Positions 55,801-64,000 of a stretch of 64,000 nt of DNA are shown piece after piece. The stretch's first letter is position 1; every line of letters begins with the position of its first letter. The notes beneath the pieces were generated by a model that saw only the letters and a program-made list of their open reading frames with translations, was not told where the DNA came from and made no database searches. Source of the DNA: the human T2T-CHM13v2.0 reference genome, Homo sapiens; the NCBI RefSeq assembly GCF_009914755.1, contig NC_060944.1; one strand, written 5' to 3'. The position numbers and the translations under genes were made by a program.

Positions 55801-55912
55801 CTGTAATCCCAGCACTTTGAGAGGCCAAGGCGGGTGGATCACAAGGTCAGGAGACCGAGACCATCCTGGCAACACCGTGAAATGCCATCTCTACTAAAAA
55901 TTAAAAAAAAAA
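55801..55912 (+). mobile_element. Alu left-arm fragment (Sc/Y-like), truncated at both ends
   Basis: CTGTAATCCCAGCAC...GGATCACAAGGTCAGGAGACCGAGACCATCCTGG...CTCTACTAAAAA. Confidence 0.85.
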
Positions 55913-55927
55913 TAGTCTATTAATTTA

Positions 55928-56258
<331 letters not shown>

Positions 56259-56870
56259 CTATTAATTTAAAAACAAACAAAAGGCATTGAGTTGACTCGC
56301 AGCCAAGGTGGAGGATGTCTGTCTTCATTCATAGACACAGGGATTTGGCAGGCGCTGTTGATGCTCCACGCTGGCCGCCCCCACACCCGGCTACTGACAC
56401 ACCGGCTTGATGGTTTCCATCTACAAGTGCCCACTCCTCTTTGCTGGGGCATTTTTTGGCCCACAGGGGGACATACCTGAAGTGCTCCTTTTCCCTGAGA
56501 GCAGCCTTCAAATAGTAGCTGAGAGGCATTACTGGAGAAAACCCAGCTCCCCCTGGGGCAGGGGGCTAACTGCACTGTCTCCCAGGGGCCCCAGAGGGAT
56601 GGGCCTTTACCACCCTTCCTCTCCTCACTTCACTTCCCCATGCTCCTCCTGATGCCTCCTTAATTCACTGCCCAGTTTCCGTCTCCCATGCACATCAGTG
56701 TCTGGGAGAGAAGCAGACCTTACTCTTGGCATAATCCACTGCCAGATGTGAAAACTGAATGAAATGTGCAAAGCTGTGATAGGAATATGTGTTTTCTGGG
56801 TTCAGCCTACTTGGATGGAATGCCACTGGGGGGATTTATAATTCAAAACAAAAATCTAAAAAAAATAATT

Positions 56871-56997
56871 GGGCAGTGCAAGGTGGCTCATGCCTGTAAT
56901 CCCGCCACTTCGGGAGGAAGTTGCAGTGAGCTGAGACAGAGCCACTACACTCCAGCCTGGGAAACACAGCGTGACTCTGTCTCAAAAAAATAGATAA
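56871..56997 (+). mobile_element. Internally deleted Alu (5' ~45 bp fused to 3' end)
   Basis: ...TAATCCCGCCACTTCGGGAGG joined to AAGTTGCAGTGAGCTGAGA... Confidence 0.85.
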
Positions 56998-57601
56998 ATT
57001 GGATGTAAAGACTAGGTGACTAGGAAGACTGTCTCTTTCAAATGAGGCACCGGTTCATCCAGGGCTATTTCCTGGCTGGTTCTGGGGAGCTGATGGTGGG
57101 AACATGAGAAGTTGCTACTCTGCTTTGCTACTTCGATTTGAATTTAAGCCTCCAGCCATGGAGACGTGGAAGGACTTTCCCAGAGGGGAGTACTGAGCAG
57201 TCACCAGGCTTCCTCCCTTCCTCGCTTGCTTGGGGCTGGTGTTCACCGGACTCAGGACAGCACAAGGGCCAGCACCCATCCTGCAGCAACATCTCTGGGC
57301 AAGATCCACGCGTGCTACATTTGCGGGCTCCTTGGTGGACAGCTCTCCTTCTCTAGCAAAGCATGAAAGAGCTATTCTTATTCTACTCAATGACTTTGTT
57401 TGAATAGGTAATAGGTGAATATGACATAATTATGCAATCAGGAATAATACAAAAAAAAATAGACATTCTCCTCTTCCATTCCCAGTCTTCCAGTTCTGCT
57501 CTCCAGAGAGAAGCCTGGTTTTAGTTTCTCCTGTGCTCATGCATGTATAGTCTATGTGTAAACAGCAAATGTTGGTCCTATTTGTTAAAAAGAAACAGCA
57601 G

Positions 57602-58079
57602 TGTGGTAGATGGCCCCCAGGGATCCTGCCCCCTAGGTACTTGCCCTGTAGAAACGCCTTCTTGAGTGTGGGCAGGACCAGGGCAGATGATGAGATGTCG
57701 CTCCTGTGATTGGGTTCTGTTACGTAAGACTGTGCTGTAGCTATGGCTTTGAAGAAATAAGCTGCCACATTGTCAGCGGGCCACACTGCTGGGGCCTGAG
57801 GGGGTTCCGTAGGAGCTGAGACCGACTCTTGGCCTACAGTCAATAAGGAACCAAATTTTGCCAATGACCTGAATAAGCTTAGAAAGGGAACCTGAACCTC
57901 AGATGAGACTACAGCCCCAGTCAACACCTTGATCCCAGTCGGGTGGCATCCTGGACAAAGGCTCCACGTGACCCATACCCAGCCTCCTGACCTCAGGAAA
58001 CTGGAAAACAATCCATTTCTGTTGTTTGAAGCTGCTACCTTTGTGGGAATATTTTACATAGCAATGAAACACTAACACA
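57602..58079 (+). mobile_element. MLT1E-like MaLR LTR inside an old L1 fragment
   Basis: TGTGGTAGATGGCCCCCAGGGATCCTGCCCCCT...TTGAGTGTGGGCAGGACC...CCTCAGATGAGACTACAGCCC...ACATAGCAATGAAACACTAACACA. Confidence 0.8.
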
Positions 58080-58569
58080 AGTATAATGGTATTTGGAAAA
58101 CACTTGTTTTCCTATTTGTTTTGTTTTGTAACTTTTTTTCCACTTAAAAATCCATCTTGGAGATGATTTCAATCAGTAAATCCTTCTTTAACCCTGTGTG
58201 TGAACAGCTATTTGTTTGTCATTTGATCTGCCGAATTCTTTTCCAAAGAAGCTTATGTTTTACAAATGAAAGTTCAGTAGCAGCTGTGCTTGGTCATACA
58301 CTTGGGCTGTCTTGTCATAATAAGTAACAAAGTAACAACGAGGTGATGCAAAAGTAATGTGGCCAAAATAATTTTCTGATCTTTCTATTTTTATCTGTTA
58401 TTTTATTGGTTTGAAGATCAAACTGATGAAGACTTTTAAAGATGAAGGTAATTTCCAATGGCACATAATAATTTGTCCTGTTACAGTTATAAAAGGCAAA
58501 TGCACTTTCTTTTCTTATGAAAGCCACACTAGAGACATTCAGGACTTGTAACAGACTGGCAAGTATGTT

Positions 58570-58950
58570 GCTGACTCAGTTTCCCTTTCCTCTGGCAAGT
58601 AGATGACCTGTCCTAGTCTTCCTTGAGGTTCAGAGGCTGTGACCTCCAGCCAATGAAACATGGCAGAAGTGGTGCCTTTCCCTTACCAGGCTGTCCCACA
58701 GAAACCTCCCACTGGATCCTCCCCACTCTCCCCACCTCCCACCTGCCAGCTAGAAACAGGATTCAAGAGAGAACTTAAAGTTCCAAGGGATGGTGGAACC
58801 TCAGGCTGTGAAGAGACTGGCCTTAGAATCACCCCGTGAAAGGCTGCCTCAGAACACTTATATTGAATCATCATATGAGCGAGAAATAGAACTTCCATTG
58901 TGTTAAGCTGCTGAAATTTGAGGATTGTTTCTTTCAGCAGAGAGCTTATT
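58570..58950 (+). mobile_element. MLT1J-like MaLR LTR
   Basis: CAGCCAATGAAACATGGCAGAAGTG...GAGAAATAGAACTTCCATTGTGTTAAGCTGCTGAAATTTGAGGATTGTTT. Confidence 0.7.
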
Positions 58951-59245
58951 CTCAGGATTTACTTTCAGAAAGGATTCTCTACTTTGCAAGAGGAATCATG
59001 CCAGGATCTCTTTAAGTTGCAGGCTCGCCTTACACAGGTGATATGAAGCCACTTATTACAAATTGATCTCAGGGGTACATCAGTTGTGCAAGCTGCTGGC
59101 ACATTCAGGGCCATACTCAAAGTGGGTGTTCAGCAAAAGGTATGCTCCACAGTAAAAAAAAAAAAAAAAAAATACGCAATGACATTTATAGTAAGTTCTG
59201 ATTAACATCATGATCTCCTAATATTAATGTTTTAGTTGCAAATAA

Positions 59246-59569
<324 letters not shown>

Positions 59570-60465
59570 TTGTATTTGTTTTCTAATACATGTTGAATCT
59601 ACTTTATTTGCTTAGTTGATTTATAGCTTTCCTGTTTTTAACCTTATTGTTTGAATTTCCCCACAAGCAGTCATTGCAACTCAACGCAAAGCAATAGAAG
59701 AATTTCTTTCTAGCTCTACCAGTTACTTTTTTCCACTGGAATAAACATGCTTCAGGAAAGTCAGTTTTTGAGTAGCTTACATTGAGTTCTAAGGAGTTGT
59801 CCCTTGGCCAATGAGGTACTTGTGTTAGGGGGCAGGTAAGTTTCCATTCAGCAAGATTCTTGAGAGTTACATGCACGTCCTGCTGGATTATGAGCTCTGG
59901 GAGGTCAGGAACCGTGACCTTCTCTGCTCTCTCCGTGGCTTTTGGCTCAGAGCCTCATGTAGTTGATGGCCAACAATTTCCCATTGAATATAAGAATGAT
60001 TCAGTAAAAAGATCCTTTGCCTTTTGTGGCCACACAGATGCTAGGTTAGCCCACATGCAGAAATGTATCTTTAAGCCAAGTACACTGGAGATATTAATAA
60101 TAAAGATTCAGTTGAGCATCCTGTTTGATAGAGTTGCCATTCTGGTTCATTGATTCATTTTTAGGTCTCAGGTCACAGAATGAGGACTGGATGGACAGAA
60201 CTTTGCTTTAGAGCCTGAAAGAATCAATAAGCTCCCCACGGGAATAAGAAGAAAACATGAAGCTGTGGGGGAAGTGGGACGCTTCTGCGTAGGAACAGGA
60301 AATAAAATAAAAGACATTGCCTGAGGCCAGCTTTTCTGAAATGTTGCCATTGGCAGCCCTGGAGATCCACTTGAGTAAACAATCCTGTGAAACGGAAGAA
60401 AGCATTCCAAGAACAAGCCCAGGGAATCTGCAGCACTGCCGCTGCCTCCTCTTAGGAAAAGAAGC

Positions 60466-60857
<392 letters not shown>

Positions 60858-60921
60858 TCAGAGTGGGTGGTGTGCAGGGCCACTTGGGTTTCCCAAGTGG
60901 GATGGGCCGATGGATTATTTA

Positions 60922-61407
60922 TGAGAAAGAAAAGAAACGTTTTACCTGAGGAAAGTGAGCCTCCTCTAAATGATCATGCCCAGGGAGGCACAGGAATAAG
61001 GCAGCAATTACATTCCACTTCCCTTCTTGGGCTGAAGTCATTAACTCTTAAAGCCTCTTGCTCTGTGGACTCGACTAACCGCAGCCCGAGCGGCTTTGCT
61101 ATAAATTAACAGACCAACGCGGCTCTCCGCTGGACACCAGCATACTCATACCCCCAAGTTCAATGTCCAGCCAATCATTAATCGATGTTATTTCTGTCAA
61201 CCAATGGGAATTCTTGACAAACACCTTTGTGTTTGCCCATTCCTCGTTCCCCTTTTATCCTTTAAAAACGCGCTTGTAACAAAGGCTAAATGGAGCTCAT
61301 ATCCAAGGTGACTTGGGTCTGAGCCTTCCGGGCAGCTGTCCTCACCTTGGCTCCAGTAAACTTTGTGAAATTATATCTGTGCCTCAGCTTCTTCCTTTAG
61401 GTCGACA
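60922..61407 (+). mobile_element. MER34-family (ERV1) solo LTR
   Basis: TGAGAAAGAAAAG start; CAGCCAATCATTAATCGATGTTATTTCTGTCAACCAATGGGAATTC; end CTTTAGGTCGACA; flanks TTTA/TTTC. Confidence 0.75.
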
Positions 61408-61805
61408 TTTCTGTTTTGATGAAGTTACGTTTTATAGACTTTAGGAGGAAAAGAGAAGAGGGGGAAGGTGATGAGGTATAAAATCACAGTAAAGACTGGG
61501 ATGAAGGAAAGAGTACAGAACTTGAAAATTGAAGTTGGGATATTTTTGTTGTCATGAAAGGACCTCTACACATTTCCACAGTCAGAAACTCACTTCGAGG
61601 ACCCAATTGCACTCCCCTACCTTGCTTTGTAAATTTGACCATGGGCTTGGCTGTAAATCCACATTAATTTATCTTGAAAAAAATAAATGGTCTTGCTGTA
61701 TTTCAAGATATGATGGGATGGCGGGGACTTCTATTGGGAAAAGGTGTGACCAATAGAGACACAGTACCTAAAAAAAGCCCAACAGTAAGAAGTGTTACCA
61801 TTGAA

Positions 61806-62211
<406 letters not shown>

Positions 62212-64000
62212 CTATTGTAACTTTTGGCCAACTGCCACTGGCTGAGTTTCCAGGGATTTCTTTCTGTTTTCCCTATATATGGTGAGATCATAATGACTTT
62301 TGATGTTTTCAAGATAGAAAAGCAGGGTGAAAAGTTATTGCAAAAAAAAAAAGAATCCAAAGCAAAATAAATAAAAGTCCATGTAGAACGTAAGTAAGGT
62401 CCCCATCTCAGATGGATTATTAATGCCTCTGCAAATGCCTGCTCCATTCTAGAAGCAGGTAGATGTTCATTAGGTGTTTGCTGAAACTTTAGTTCAATGT
62501 ATCTGTTTGTCATTTATTAGGAATCAATGCTTCTAAACATTCTATAGCAGAAAATAACATTTTCCTTTTGATAGGAAAATTGTTTTAATGAACTATTACA
62601 GTATCTTTCCCTCTTGACTCCCATGAGTTTAAAAATGTTGAACATCAGATAACACAGCTCTTAATTTCAATGGGCTTCACATCCTGAATGTAACTACAAT
62701 AACAAATAAACTCACCACTAGATCTCAATTTACTTAGAAAAGATCCCAGCTGTCACCCAAAGCCAAAATGGGTGGAGACAGTTTGGTTCACAGATGTGGA
62801 TCTCTGGCTATTGAAAAAGCATTTTCAGACATTATTAACAAGAAGAATTGGCCCAGTGAATAATACAATTATGCATGATCTGTGGTTCAGATATTCAAGT
62901 GCAAGTATTCAGAAAGTGCTGCTGCAGCTAATCCAGGGGGTAGTTTTGAAAATAATGACATTTAACCTATCATAGCAATTGTTCTTGTAAAAGGTATGAA
63001 CTGTTCTAATGAAGAAAAGAATCCAGTGTAAAAATTATGTCTTGGTGCTAGAAATCATGAAGCTGAACAGTCAGTCTTACATTATTAAGTCCCCTATACA
63101 GGGGAAAAATAAATACATTTAAAAGTGTTTAAGAAATTTCTGTAAAGAGGAAAAATACCAGCAAACAACCATTTCTTCCGTGAATTTCTAGACATGTACT
63201 TGCCAAGTTCAGTAAGAAAAATGTTAATGATTATTCAAAGCATCACATGAAGGATAACAGTTAATCTGATTAGAGTAATGACATTTCTAATGTATTTATT
63301 TGGAGTAGCGATTGCTGAATTGCACTGTTATTAGCAAGCTTGCCCTGTTTACTGGAATGCTGATACATATTTAAAAAATCTGTCTTTGCATAATGCAGGC
63401 TGAGCATGTGGACAATAGAAGGGGGTCTTTAGCTTTCCTATCCTCCTTTATGTTTTATCTGATCTGCCTGCCTTGATTTGGAATGGGCCCCAGGGCTTTG
63501 TTATTGTTGATGCCTCTGCTCTCTCCCGTCCCTCCCGGTTTTGGCCTCCTTGGGTTCTGATATCTGATACACTCATGACACCTCCGAGGAATGCAGCTGA
63601 GAATTCATTGTCCCCAGGCTTTTTAAGCATCCCTGTGAACTCTCCTTTCTTTTTCTAGTTAGGAACCGTTTCTCATGCTTGATTAGTTGATTCACCAACC
63701 TTAAAATTATTGCATTTGTAGTAGTATCAATTGCCCAAAACATTCAAGCTTATAACACTGTTGGCTGCAAGTGAGACAGGCTAGAACTAAGACCCCTGCA
63801 ACCTGAGGATTTTCCAAAATTGTGATCTTTAATGAGGAGAGGGGAAATAAATGGTTCTATCAAATCCCCATCTTAGTTCCATTCCTTTCTGAAATTGTAA
63901 ACTCATCTGTACTAGTTTCTTTCATTTTGCATCTCAAGAGCCTTCATTGGAACCTGAAAGTTTAAATCCATCAAAATGCAAGAATGGAATCAAATGTGTA

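Noticed and set aside
57430-58011. 193-aa minus-strand ORF
   Set aside because: Lies within an MLT1 LTR and old L1; non-ATG start

Overview
Primate (human-like) non-coding genomic DNA, intergenic or deep intronic. I can support no intact protein-coding exon; nearly all ORFs in the track are Alu-, LTR- or low-complexity-derived. A large share of the window is interspersed repeat: about 30 Alu copies or fragments (J, S, Y types, many with visible TSDs), MaLR/ERV LTRs, old L1/L2/MIR and DNA transposons (MER1A, MER8, MER3, MER5, MER94, MER96, Charlie4a). The main structure is a nested insertion at 17718-21284: a full-length minus-strand THE1D/MSTA-type MaLR provirus (two LTRs, perfect GGCAC TSD). 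Its internal region carries an L1-mobilised MRPS11 retrocopy and an Alu left monomer. The retrocopy looks semi-processed: downstream introns are gone, but a 119-nt GT-AG intron sits where the parent's short first intron is recalled to lie. It is in sense orientation downstream of the 5' LTR and has gained a new ATG opening a 124-codon ORF. Unique sequence holds strong CTCF motifs (3085, 25801, 28445), tandem RFX X-boxes (13381-13412), several motif-dense enhancer-like blocks and a few candidate non-coding exons. Repeat subfamily names and parent-gene comparisons come from recalled consensus sequences, not from a search; repeat boundaries are approximate unless a TSD is quoted.
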